Below are positions 38,733-48,460 of a stretch of 64,000 nt of DNA, piece after piece; the first letter of the stretch is position 1; every line of letters starts with the position of its first letter. Location of the stretch: NCBI GenBank assembly GCA_965242695.1, contig CBDESU010000002.1, positions 1,056,001 through 1,120,000 on the forward strand, given 5' to 3'. The notes below the pieces were generated by a model that did not search any database, was not told where the DNA came from, and saw only the letters and a list, made by a program, of their open reading frames with translations. The translations under genes were made by a program, and so were the position numbers. Source of the stretch: Cenarchaeum sp. (GTDB lineage: Archaea; Thermoproteota; Nitrososphaeria; Nitrososphaerales; Nitrosopumilaceae).

Positions 38733-40181
38733 CTACTCGAACCCTATCCCGGCGCGCTCGGCGTGGACGGCCCTGAGGGCGTCGCCGACGTTGTCCCCCG
38801 AGTCCTCTATGATGACGATGATCCTCGACGTCTCCTCCTGCGCGTCCATGTTGAGTATGTTCAGGCCGGCCCTCCCGAGGCTCGCGCTAGTCCTTGCCGC
38901 CACGTGCTGGACGCGCCACATCTCGTCGCCGATGAGCGTGACGACGCCGCGGCCGTACGTGATGGTCGCAAGCGGGTCGAAGCCGAGAAAGTACTTTTCG
39001 TTGCGCCGCACGTAGTCTGCGTCCAGGAACAGCATGCGCGTGAACTCTACGCCGTCCCTGATGAACGGCGAGAGCGTCACGTACTCGCTGTACCTGCGGT
39101 CCTTCCTGAGGGACACGGCGAGCCTGCCGGCCGCGTCCGAGTCGGACCTGAATATGGCGCAGTTCTTCTTTCCCGTTACGATCTTGATCGGGTGCGACCC
39201 GGGCGCCCGCCCTCCTCCCCCGCGGCTTACCGTCGTCGTCTTTGACGGGTCCCCCATGTTGGTGATGGCGACGGTCATGTCGACGCCGTTGTCGAGCATC
39301 TCCTTGATGGCGACGGGGTCTAGTATCTTCATGCCGAACATGCCCGCCAGCCTGGCCTCGTTGTACGACATGCTCGGCACGTCGCTGAGCCCGTCGCGGA
39401 CGACCCGGGGGTCGGCCGAGACGACGGCGCTGTCCTTCTCTAGGTCGATGCGCGCGTCGTACTTTTTGTGCAGCAGTATGCCGAGGTCTGCCGCCGTCCT
39501 GTCAGACCCGCCCCTCTCGTAGGTGGTGGTCACGCCGTCTGCCGTGCGGCCGACGAACCCGCCCATGGAGACGACGTCGCTGGCCTCGAGGAGCGACTCG
39601 AGGGCGCCGGTGTTCCTGGCCGACTCTGCGTGCAGAAAGTTGGCCGTCTCGATGTTCGCATCCGTTATTATGGGCCACGACTCGAACGGGACGGCGGCCG
39701 ACCGCACCCCGCTCCCCCTCAGGATGCAGTCCATTACGCGCGCCGAGAGTATCTCGCCGGCGAACGCGAGCGCCTCGGCGCGGACCTCGTCGGCGAACGA
39801 CCCGTCCTGCCTTGCGCTCTCGAGGGCCCGCTCGGCCCTTGCAAGGTGCGAGTCGATGGCCTCGGAGCACTCGCCGGCAAGGCCGGGCCCCGCCGGTCCC
39901 GCCATCCTCTCGTACGCGGCCCTGACCGCGGAGAGGTCGGCCTCGCGGCCGGACTCGGCCGCCTCGCCGAGGCCGATCACAATGTCGGTTATCGACCGCG
40001 CGCTCCCGTCCTCGCCGGCGGCAAGCGGCGCCGAGAAGACGCACAGCACCTTTGCATCGGCTCCGATCTCGCCTATCCGCTTTACGATTGCCGGCGCCGC
40101 TTGCCCGTCGACGCCGAGCGCGCTGCCGCCGAACTTTGCGACGACGAGCTTGCCTCCCACGGATGCGTCCCGGCCCGACAT
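38733..40181 (-). CDS. lysC: Aspartate kinase
   Basis: VAKFGGS, TTYERGGSDRTA, SADPRVV, SYNEA...GMKILDP, C-terminal ACT-like domain. Confidence 0.92.
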   Translation of the reverse strand: MSGRDASVGGKLVVAKFGGSALGVDGQAAPAIVKRIGEIGADAKVLCVFSAPLAAGEDGSARSITDIVIGLGEAAESGREADLSAVRAAYERMAGPAGPGLAGECSEAIDSHLARAERALESARQDGSFADEVRAEALAFAGEILSARVMDCILRGSGVRSAAVPFESWPIITDANIETANFLHAESARNTGALESLLEASDVVSMGGFVGRTADGVTTTYERGGSDRTAADLGILLHKKYDARIDLEKDSAVVSADPRVVRDGLSDVPSMSYNEARLAGMFGMKILDPVAIKEMLDNGVDMTVAITNMGDPSKTTTVSRGGGGRAPGSHPIKIVTGKKNCAIFRSDSDAAGRLAVSLRKDRRYSEYVTLSPFIRDGVEFTRMLFLDADYVRRNEKYFLGFDPLATITYGRGVVTLIGDEMWRVQHVAARTSASLGRAGLNILNMDAQEETSRIIVIIEDSGDNVGDALRAVHAERAGIGFE

Positions 40182-40203
40182 GCCGAGCCGCTGTTCTGCG
40201 CTT

Positions 40204-41361
40204 CTATAAATCGTGGGAGCCGGCCGCGCCGGCCGCCCTTGCCGCCACCGATGCAACGGCCCTGGCCGCGCCGGCCGCGCCGGGGCTGTGCCCTCCCGCG
40301 CCGACCCACGCGGCCTCTTTGCGCCTCCCGCCGGCGAGCGCCTCTCTCACGAGGGGGCCGAGCCGGCGCACGTCCGAGTGCGCAAAGCCGGCGGCAGCCG
40401 CGTTGTCCTCCTGCTCAAAGTGGCCCCGCACGGGGATGAAGACGCCGGGCGTTCCGTACTGGCCGCACTCGTCCATGGTCGAGCGGCCGGCAAGAGAGAC
40501 GACCGCGTCGGCGGCGTGCACGTACTCGTGCAGGTTCGGCACGGCGCCGATGCGCCTTGCGCCGTCCCCGTTCGGGCCTTCCACGGCGGGCAGGGACGGG
40601 CCGGACGCGACGATCATACTGGCCCCGCCAAGCTCGGGCGCGGCGCGCCCGGCCGCCTCCAGCAGGAACCGCCCCGCCCCCGTCCCGCCGGCGCAGACGA
40701 GGACGGTGGGCTTGTCCATGCCGAACCGCTCGCGCAGGACGGCACGCGGCGCGCTAGGGCGCCTGACAGCAGGGCCGGCCAGTATGGCATGGGGGCACGC
40801 GGCGCCCCATGCTGCAGCCTCTTTTGGCCCGGGGTCGAGCGGCGCGACGACTGCATCGCACCGGGATACGATGCGCCGCATCGCGGCGTTCATCCTGGTC
40901 TCGACGAGCGAACCGGGCCAGCCCCTGCAGAACCTGGTCTCGAACACGTCCGTGACTAGGACGGTGGGGATGCCGGCCCGCTGGGCGACCGACAGCGAGG
41001 CAAAGTCCTCGTCGGAGACGACCGTATGGGGGCGGTACCGGAGGATCGGCCGGCGCGCCGCGCGCACGCACCTCCTGTAGTACAGGTAGTACGAGGCGAG
41101 CCATGCGCCGGCCCTGACGAGGGCGCCGCCCCTCACGTCGAAGCGGGGCGGGCTGTACGCGTCGTCAGCGTCGAAGCCGTGGGCGGCGAGCAGGGAGGCG
41201 GCGGCGCCGCCAGAGGCGAACCGGACGCTTGTCCGGCCGCCGCCCTCTCCGTCGAGCAGGGCGCTGCCGATCGCCGCATCGCGCGTGGCGTGGCCTAGCC
41301 CTATGGGGCTGGAAAAGAACAGGATGCCGCCGGCCACGGCGGCCCCGCCGGGGCGCCACAT
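40204..41361 (-). CDS. GT-B glycosyltransferase (GT28/MurG-like)
   Basis: SPIGLGHATRD, VSDEDF, GGTGAG, AG.STM.E...G.P...IP...HFEQ..NA. Confidence 0.85.
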   Translation of the reverse strand: MWRPGGAAVAGGILFFSSPIGLGHATRDAAIGSALLDGEGGGRTSVRFASGGAAASLLAAHGFDADDAYSPPRFDVRGGALVRAGAWLASYYLYYRRCVRAARRPILRYRPHTVVSDEDFASLSVAQRAGIPTVLVTDVFETRFCRGWPGSLVETRMNAAMRRIVSRCDAVVAPLDPGPKEAAAWGAACPHAILAGPAVRRPSAPRAVLRERFGMDKPTVLVCAGGTGAGRFLLEAAGRAAPELGGASMIVASGPSLPAVEGPNGDGARRIGAVPNLHEYVHAADAVVSLAGRSTMDECGQYGTPGVFIPVRGHFEQEDNAAAAGFAHSDVRRLGPLVREALAGGRRKEAAWVGAGGHSPGAAGAARAVASVAARAAGAAGSHDL

Positions 41362-41564
41362 AATACCGGCTCGGGACGGGTGGGGCGCGCACACACACTG
41401 TGAGGTTCGGAGGATGCAGGCGCGGGCGGGGCGGCGCCTATGCCCGCAAAGGCGGCGAGGGTCACCTTTATTATCAAGCGGACTGTCGCCGGGCCGTGAT
41501 CACACGGGCATCAGCGGCGTGCAGGGTATCTGTCGCACACACCCCCGGCGGCGCAAAAGGCTGC

Positions 41565-41576
41565 GGGGGGGGGGGG
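41565..41576 (+). repeat. G12 homopolymer just upstream of the giant surface protein gene
   Basis: 12 consecutive G ending 13 nt before the ATG at 41590. Confidence 0.85.
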
Positions 41577-41589
41577 AGGCGGATCCACA

Positions 41590-44500
41590 ATGACGCGCAT
41601 GGACGACAGGGAATCGCACCCAGCCGGCAGGGGCCGCCACTTGGCGCCGCTTGCGGCCGCCGTGTCGATTGCGATCGTGCTGGCGGTTGGACTGGCGCAG
41701 GCGACGCCGTACGAAGATGCGGGGCCGTTGCCGCTTGCGGCCGACCTTGGACATGCCGTGGAGCCGTTCCCTTGGATGCAGGCGTGGCACCCGCCCGTGC
41801 TGCAGGAGGCATATGCGGACCACCTCACCGTATGCGGGGTCGCACTTTATGGCTCTCACATTCCCAACTACCAAAGCCTCAACCGCGCCTATCCTCAGAT
41901 CGAGAATATAACGTTTGCGGTGCCCGACGGCACGTACGGGCTGGGCGATGATATAGACATCCGCATACACTTTTTCCGGCCCGACGGCGGGGCGGTGAAC
42001 CTGTTCCACCGAACCGTCCACGCTCAAACGCAGCCCCAATTTCTCGGCCCGTTCAACCACACCTACCTTGAGTTAAACATACCGGGCAGGTCTGCCGAGT
42101 TTCTCAACATAACAGGCACCGATGTGCTGTACTACCGCTACACCGTTCAGCCCGGCGACAGGTCTGCGGATCTTGGGTACGCCCGCACAAACGGCCTGCA
42201 TACACCCAACCTGCGATCGGGCGCCGGCGAGGACGCGGTAGCCTGCTTCCTGCCCACGCCGGGAGGACCGGGATCGCTCCGGGGCGAGTCCGACGTGGTC
42301 GTCGACGCCGGGCCGCCGTCCGTGCAGTCGGTATCATCGCCCAACGGAACGTACGGCACGGGCCGCATCGTCAACATTACGGTGTCCCTTGAAAAGCCGG
42401 CCGTGATCAGCACCGAGCCTCGCCTGATGCTCAACACCGAGCCGCCGCGGAACGCCTCCTATGCGGGCGGCAACGGGACGGCGAACCTGTCGTTTCTGTA
42501 CACGGTGAGGCCCGGCGACGAGGCGCCACTCTTGGATTATGCGGGCACCGGATCCCTCTCCATGGAGGGCGGGTCGATCGCCAACGTGGTCGACAACGTC
42601 ACCGGGAATATGCTGCTGCTGCCGGAACCGGGCGAGGAGGGATCGCTCTCCGCCTCCAACTCGATCGGCGTACTCGGCGGGCCCATTCCTGTCCTGAAGG
42701 CAAACGGCTCGGCCGTTGATGAGACCGGTGGCTATGCCGCCCTAGGTGGAGCCATCGAAGTCGACGTGATCGAGGCGGACGACGGCGGCGCGTACGCCGT
42801 GGTGGCGGCGCGCAATGAAAAGGCCGGCTCTGATTACCCTGGCGGCGTCCAGGCGATCCGCATCCACCCTGACGGCACACTCTCGCCCGGCGGCACTGAC
42901 AGGCAAGGACCCTCCACTGTCTTCAGGTTGCACAGCCCAACCGACGTCACCGCGTTCGAGATGGGCGGCCTGCCCCGCGCCATTGTATCGGCCGGCAACA
43001 GCATCTCTCTGTACGATATCGGATCCGGCGGCGCCATCTCTCTCAACAGCACGGCGTCCAACGGCGCAGTATCCCCGGGAGGCGCGTTTGACAAGCTGGA
43101 GGGTTCCGTCGGCGTGTCTGTTTTCGAGGCGTACGACCACACCTATGCCCTCGCTGCCGCCAGCAGAAGCAATGGCCTCCAGCTGGTCCACATCCTCCCG
43201 AACGGTACCCTGTCGCGCAACGGCTCGGCATCGGACGGAGTCGACATGTTCAACCTGACCGGGGTAAACGCCGTCAATGTGATCAAGTCGGGCGACGCCG
43301 CCGCGGCCGCCAACGGCCCGCCCAGGGCCCTCGTGGCATCAACCGACGACGACATCATCCAGCTCGTCAGCGTCCACCCCAACGGCACCCTCTCGGTCAA
43401 CGCCACGGCGAAGGACGACACCCCTGAATTCGAGACGCTCGAGAATGCCGCCGGTGCCACCGTGTTCGAGGTGGACGGCCTCACCTACGCCGCAGTGACA
43501 GCATCCGGCGACAACGCCATCCAGATCGTCCGCATCCACCCCAACGGCACCCTTTCCAATGCGGGCTCGGCCGTCAATGGAACCGGCGGGTTCGACTCGA
43601 TTGGGGGCTCGACAAACGCCGCTGTGTTCGAGATGGGCGGCTGGACGTACGCCCTTGCGCCGTCGGATGCCGATGACGGCATCCAGCTGATGCGCATCAA
43701 CCCTGGCGGGACGCCCGTAGCCGAGGGATCGGCCAAGGACGGGGATCCGGGCGGATTCGACGCCCTCTGGGGCGCCGACGGCCTCGCCGTGTTCAAGGCA
43801 GGCGGCCGCACGTACTCGCTAATCGCCGCGCAAAACGACAACGCCGTCCAGCTTGTCAGGCTCTGGCCGGCGTCCGTCGCCGGCGTGTCCTCCCCCGTGG
43901 GGAACGGCTCGTACTCCGCCGGAACGATGATCAGCATAACGGTCGCATTCGACGAGCGCGTCATGCTGCAGGATCCGTCGAACCCGCCCTCTCTCCTGCT
44001 GTCCCTAGAAGGGGTGAACAGGACGGCGCCGTACCTGTCCGGCAACGGCACGGAAACACTTGTCTTCAACTATACGGTGATGCCCGGCGATGCCGTTCCC
44101 GCCGCTGCCGCCGGCCTAGAATACGCGCACGCCGGGGCCCTGGTGTCGCGCGGCACCATAACCGACCTGCTGGGCAACGCAGTCGACCTCGAGCTTCCCG
44201 TGCCCGGCACATCAGGCTCGCTCAGCAGCGCAAGGAGCATCGTGCCAGACACTGCGGGCCCGATCGTCGAGTCTGTCTCGTCGCCGAACGCGAACGGCAC
44301 CTACGGCACAGGCTCGAAGATCAACATTACTGTCTCGTTTGACGGGGATGTGGACGTCGACATCGGAGACGGCGCCGATGCGCCGTCGATCGCGCTGCGG
44401 CTTGACGAGGCGGAAGGCGACCGGTTCGCCACGTACGACGCGGGCGGCAGCGCAGGCAGGAATCTGACGTTTGTGTACACCGTGGAAGAGGGCGACACTG

Positions 44501-46953
44501 CGGCCGACCTCGACTATGCGAACGCTACGGCCCTGTCCGACGGCGGAACCATTACGGATGAGGTCGGCAACCCCGCCAACCGGACGCTGCCCGAACCGGG
44601 CATGGACGGCCTGCTCGGCAACTCTGGATCCATCCGCATCGACACCGAGGGGCCGCGCGTGATCGGGGCCGCGGAGGCCAATCCCAAGGGCGCGCCGTAC
44701 AGGGAGGGCGAGACGGTCAGGATCGCCATCGGCTTTGGCGAGGCGATCGTGCTCTCCGACCGGGCGGTCCCGTCGTTGCGGCTCGCACTTGACGGAGATG
44801 CGACCTCTACCGCCGTGTACGAGCGGCAGTCGGGCGACGGGCGGACGCTTGTCTTCAACTATACCGTGCAGGCAGACGACAGCGCGGATCCCCTGGACTA
44901 TGACGGCGTGGATGCCCTGTCTCTTGACAGCGGAACTATGACGAACTCAATCGGCAACAACGCCGTCCTAAAACTGCCCGACGCCGAAGAGGGGCGCTCG
45001 CTTGCGGCCGCGGGCATTCGCATCGACACATCGGCCCCGGTCGTAGAGTCCGTCTCGTCGCCGAACGCGGATCGAGCGTACGGCATCGGCTCGCGGATCA
45101 ACGTTACGGTCACGTTTGGCGAGGCCGTATACGTCACGGGATCGCCTCGGATCGAGCTCGACACAGGCTCGGACGCCGGCATGGCCGCATACGACTCTGG
45201 CAGCGGATCGCAGACGCTCGTGTTCGAGTACAGGGTGCTGCCGGACGATGCGGCGGACGACCTAGACTACACGGGCACCGACGCGCTGACCCTCAACGGA
45301 GGGACCATACGGGATGCGGCCGGCAACAATGCCGACCGGATGCTGCCCGAGCCCGGCGGGGCCGGATCGCTGGGCCACTCGAAGGACATCGAAATAGACA
45401 CGACGGCGCTGTCGGCGGATCCTCCAAGCGTCCTGAAGGTATTCTCGACGGACTCGGGCGGCACGTACGACACCGGCTCGGACATCAACATTACCGTGGC
45501 CTTTAGCAGTGCCGTGAACGTGACGGGGGCGCCGATGCTGGCGCTCTCGACCGAGCCGGCCAGGAGCGCGGCGTACGTCGAGGGCAGCGACGGCGACTCT
45601 AAGCTGGCGTTCCTCTACGAGGTGCAGCCCGGCGACTCTGCGGACCGCCTCGACTATGCGGGCACCGGCGCGCTTACCCTCAGCGGCGGAACCATACGGG
45701 ACGCGGCCGGCCGCAACGCGGGCCCAGAGCTCCCGCCCACGGGCTCGGCGGACTCGCTGCACGCCTCTGGTATCGCAATAGACGGCAGGAGCGCAGGCCC
45801 CTCCCCCGGCGGCAACGGCGGCATGGGCGACGGCAACGGCGGCATGGGCGACGGCAACGGCACCGGCAACACCGCGACCGTCGTATTCCGGCCGGACGAG
45901 GTCGTAGGCCAGACAAACCTCACCGACAGGGGCAACGAGGTCCGCGTCACGATCAACGTGACCGCCCTGGCCGGCGCCGGCACCGCTGGCGCAACCGTAC
46001 AGTTCCCGTCTACCGGCGCCGTCGTGACCACATCGTTCGCATCCGTGTCGTTCCCGCCCATGGTGGCCGCAATGTCCGTGCCGTCCGGCGGCCTGCTCGT
46101 CCTGCATGTAGTCGCCGCGGCCGACTCCCCGCCGCCCGACTCGACCATTCAGGATCTCGCATACGACGGCTCGGCCGTGGTCCTGCGAAGGATCGTAGAG
46201 ATCGGCGACGAGGGCAGCACCGTCACGTTCAGCATGCCCGTCCGCATATCCCTCGAGGGCCAGGCAGGCGGCCGCGCGTTCTACATCGACGGCGCGAGCG
46301 GTCAGCTGAGGCCGATCGACGACGCCTGCGGGGCAGACGATGTGGTCAGGGTCCACCGCCACCTTGACGGCACGGGCGAGTGCCGAATCGACTCTGGCGA
46401 CGACATGGTCATCTACACGTACCACCTGACGCGGTTTGGCACCGTGTTGTCCGAGAGCGGCGCCCCGCCGCCCGTGTACCACACGTGCTCGGTGAGCCTT
46501 GAAAAGCGGAGCCTGCCGATCGGCGATGCGGCGCTCGGCGGCTACTCTGATCCCGCCGAACAAGTGCTGATCAACTCTGGCTCGGCGCCGTTTGCAAGCG
46601 TCGGGATCGAGGCGTCCCCATGGCGAACCGGCCCCTCCGACGGCGGCCCCGGTTCCGGCGGATACCCTTCCCTGCCGGCCCCCGCGTCAGGGACGGGCGA
46701 GGGCCGTGCGTCGAGCGCCCTTGTCGCGCGCATCTATGCGACGCTGCCGGCGGCCGCCTCGGAGGTGAGCGAGTCCGGCAGGGCAGACGACTACGCCGCG
46801 GTCGGCGAGGAGACGGCCGTGGCAGGCGGGCTCGGCGGCGGGGATGTCAAGCCGCTGTGGTTCCGGCTGAACCTGACCCCGTACGGCAACGAGGTGCAGG
46901 GCGGCGCGTTCTCCCAGAGCGTCACTTACAACGCCCAGTGCGTGCAGCCGTAG
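41590..46953 (+). CDS. Large surface/adhesin-like protein (1787 aa) with Ig-like repeats and a beta-propeller-like block
   Basis: Signal/TM; about seven V.SVSSP..NG.YG.G..INITV.F...L.F.YTV..GD...LDY repeats; about seven YA.VA....GIQ.V.I.PNGTL blade-like repeats. Confidence 0.88.
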   Translation: MTRMDDRESHPAGRGRHLAPLAAAVSIAIVLAVGLAQATPYEDAGPLPLAADLGHAVEPFPWMQAWHPPVLQEAYADHLTVCGVALYGSHIPNYQSLNRAYPQIENITFAVPDGTYGLGDDIDIRIHFFRPDGGAVNLFHRTVHAQTQPQFLGPFNHTYLELNIPGRSAEFLNITGTDVLYYRYTVQPGDRSADLGYARTNGLHTPNLRSGAGEDAVACFLPTPGGPGSLRGESDVVVDAGPPSVQSVSSPNGTYGTGRIVNITVSLEKPAVISTEPRLMLNTEPPRNASYAGGNGTANLSFLYTVRPGDEAPLLDYAGTGSLSMEGGSIANVVDNVTGNMLLLPEPGEEGSLSASNSIGVLGGPIPVLKANGSAVDETGGYAALGGAIEVDVIEADDGGAYAVVAARNEKAGSDYPGGVQAIRIHPDGTLSPGGTDRQGPSTVFRLHSPTDVTAFEMGGLPRAIVSAGNSISLYDIGSGGAISLNSTASNGAVSPGGAFDKLEGSVGVSVFEAYDHTYALAAASRSNGLQLVHILPNGTLSRNGSASDGVDMFNLTGVNAVNVIKSGDAAAAANGPPRALVASTDDDIIQLVSVHPNGTLSVNATAKDDTPEFETLENAAGATVFEVDGLTYAAVTASGDNAIQIVRIHPNGTLSNAGSAVNGTGGFDSIGGSTNAAVFEMGGWTYALAPSDADDGIQLMRINPGGTPVAEGSAKDGDPGGFDALWGADGLAVFKAGGRTYSLIAAQNDNAVQLVRLWPASVAGVSSPVGNGSYSAGTMISITVAFDERVMLQDPSNPPSLLLSLEGVNRTAPYLSGNGTETLVFNYTVMPGDAVPAAAAGLEYAHAGALVSRGTITDLLGNAVDLELPVPGTSGSLSSARSIVPDTAGPIVESVSSPNANGTYGTGSKINITVSFDGDVDVDIGDGADAPSIALRLDEAEGDRFATYDAGGSAGRNLTFVYTVEEGDTAADLDYANATALSDGGTITDEVGNPANRTLPEPGMDGLLGNSGSIRIDTEGPRVIGAAEANPKGAPYREGETVRIAIGFGEAIVLSDRAVPSLRLALDGDATSTAVYERQSGDGRTLVFNYTVQADDSADPLDYDGVDALSLDSGTMTNSIGNNAVLKLPDAEEGRSLAAAGIRIDTSAPVVESVSSPNADRAYGIGSRINVTVTFGEAVYVTGSPRIELDTGSDAGMAAYDSGSGSQTLVFEYRVLPDDAADDLDYTGTDALTLNGGTIRDAAGNNADRMLPEPGGAGSLGHSKDIEIDTTALSADPPSVLKVFSTDSGGTYDTGSDINITVAFSSAVNVTGAPMLALSTEPARSAAYVEGSDGDSKLAFLYEVQPGDSADRLDYAGTGALTLSGGTIRDAAGRNAGPELPPTGSADSLHASGIAIDGRSAGPSPGGNGGMGDGNGGMGDGNGTGNTATVVFRPDEVVGQTNLTDRGNEVRVTINVTALAGAGTAGATVQFPSTGAVVTTSFASVSFPPMVAAMSVPSGGLLVLHVVAAADSPPPDSTIQDLAYDGSAVVLRRIVEIGDEGSTVTFSMPVRISLEGQAGGRAFYIDGASGQLRPIDDACGADDVVRVHRHLDGTGECRIDSGDDMVIYTYHLTRFGTVLSESGAPPPVYHTCSVSLEKRSLPIGDAALGGYSDPAEQVLINSGSAPFASVGIEASPWRTGPSDGGPGSGGYPSLPAPASGTGEGRASSALVARIYATLPAAASEVSESGRADDYAAVGEETAVAGGLGGGDVKPLWFRLNLTPYGNEVQGGAFSQSVTYNAQCVQP

Positions 46954-47389
46954 CCGGGCCGGGCTTGCATGATGCCAGCCAGAGCATGCGGCCCGCCCCG
47001 CAGCGCAGGAGGAAGACCGTTGCATCCTCCCTCGCGGGAAGGCGGGCCCGACCTCCCCTCCAGCGGCGGTCCCCGGCGGCCCGGCCGGCCGCGGGCCGAT
47101 CCGCCGCGCCGCCCGTCCAGCCAGAAGCGGCGCTGCCCGGCCGGCCGCGGCTCCTCCCCCGAGCCGTTCCGCAGAGCAGTCGAACGGCACATCTGCCCCC
47201 GACTCCCCCCTTCCTCCCGCGGAGCGGCATCCGCCCCTCGTGCGCGGCCGCGGCTCCGGGCGCCGCCGCCCGAACTGCGCCCAAGCGGCCCCGGGCGGGG
47301 ATGCGCGCCGCGAGCGGCCCGGGGCCATGCGCGCCGCATGCCCCCGACCCTCCGCCAATGCTTAAATCAGCGCCGCCGTGCGCCCCCGC

Positions 47390-47464
47390 GGGCCTGTGGT
47401 CTAGCTCGGTTATGACGTCGCCTTTACACGGCGAAGGCCCGGGGTTCGACTCCCCGCGGGCCCA
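47390..47464 (+). tRNA. tRNA-Val(TAC)
   Basis: Acceptor stem GGGCCTG/CGGGCCC+A; anticodon arm TCGCC-TTTACAC-GGCGA; T-loop GTTCGAC; TTAAAT box at ~47362. Confidence 0.96.
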
Positions 47465-47593
47465 TTCCGCCGATCGGCGGGGCGAGCAACATTTTTTATG
47501 CGGCGCGGCTTGGATCTTTTCGTGGGGAGTCCAAGGGGCGGGGACGACGGAGGCAAGGCCGGCGCCGCCAAGCCGGCACCGCCGTCGGCCGCC

Positions 47594-48454
47594 ATGGACG
47601 ACGAGACGATCGTCAAGGGGATAGACGAGGCGATAGCGGATGCGGCGCGGGCAAAGCGCCGCCACCACCGACCGAGGCACAAGCGCAAGCGCGAGGCGGC
47701 CGAGGGCGGCACCGACTACGTGGCCCTCGTCGATGCGATGTACAGGGCCGAGATCGCAAAGGCGGCAGGCGAGAGCCCCGAGCTCGTCCTGGACCTGCGC
47801 GCCGTCATCGACGACGCGAGGGCCGCCGACGACGACGGCAACCCCGCCGAGGCCGTGCGCATATACCGCGAGCTGTGCGAGGGGATATCGCACAGCATCG
47901 ACCTTGTGGACGACGACGACTCGTACCACTCCACGTGCTTTGCCGACGCGGTAGACGGCATGGCAGAGTCGACGAAAAAGCTCGACCCCGACGCCCGAAA
48001 GAGGCAGATCACGCACATGCTAGAGCGCTACATCTCGAACGAGCCCGAGTACCTCGCCGACGAGTACATCTCTGCCCTGTGGGAGGTGTGCGGCGCCGAC
48101 CGCGAGTACCTGGGCCACTGGATGCGCAAGCTCGCCCCCCTCGTGCGCGGCGCCGCCGAGACGAGCAGGCGCGGCGGCAGCGCCGGCAGCCATGCCGCGC
48201 AGCTGCTCCGCATGAAGGCGGGCATTCTCAAGGAGATCGGCGACGAGCCGGGCCTGGACCGCTTCCTCCGCAAGCACTGCCACGACGACTCGTACCTGTG
48301 CACGATGCACGTAAGGCGCCTCCACAAGAGCGGCTCTAGGGGGGCCCTTGCGGCCGCCGAGGCCGGCGCGGCCGTGTTTCCGGGCGACGGCGAGGTCGCC
48401 GAGGTGTTGCGCGTCCTGCGCAGGGCGTCTGCCGGCAGGGGCGGGGGCAGGTAG
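47594..48454 (+). CDS. Helical protein related to the middle region of the SWIM proteins
   Basis: AEAVRIY..., EYISALWEVC resemble AEAARVH.../DHMAALWAAC and AYESALWSLC of the paralogs. Confidence 0.7.
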   Translation: MDDETIVKGIDEAIADAARAKRRHHRPRHKRKREAAEGGTDYVALVDAMYRAEIAKAAGESPELVLDLRAVIDDARAADDDGNPAEAVRIYRELCEGISHSIDLVDDDDSYHSTCFADAVDGMAESTKKLDPDARKRQITHMLERYISNEPEYLADEYISALWEVCGADREYLGHWMRKLAPLVRGAAETSRRGGSAGSHAAQLLRMKAGILKEIGDEPGLDRFLRKHCHDDSYLCTMHVRRLHKSGSRGALAAAEAGAAVFPGDGEVAEVLRVLRRASAGRGGGR

Positions 48455-48460
48455 GGGCGA

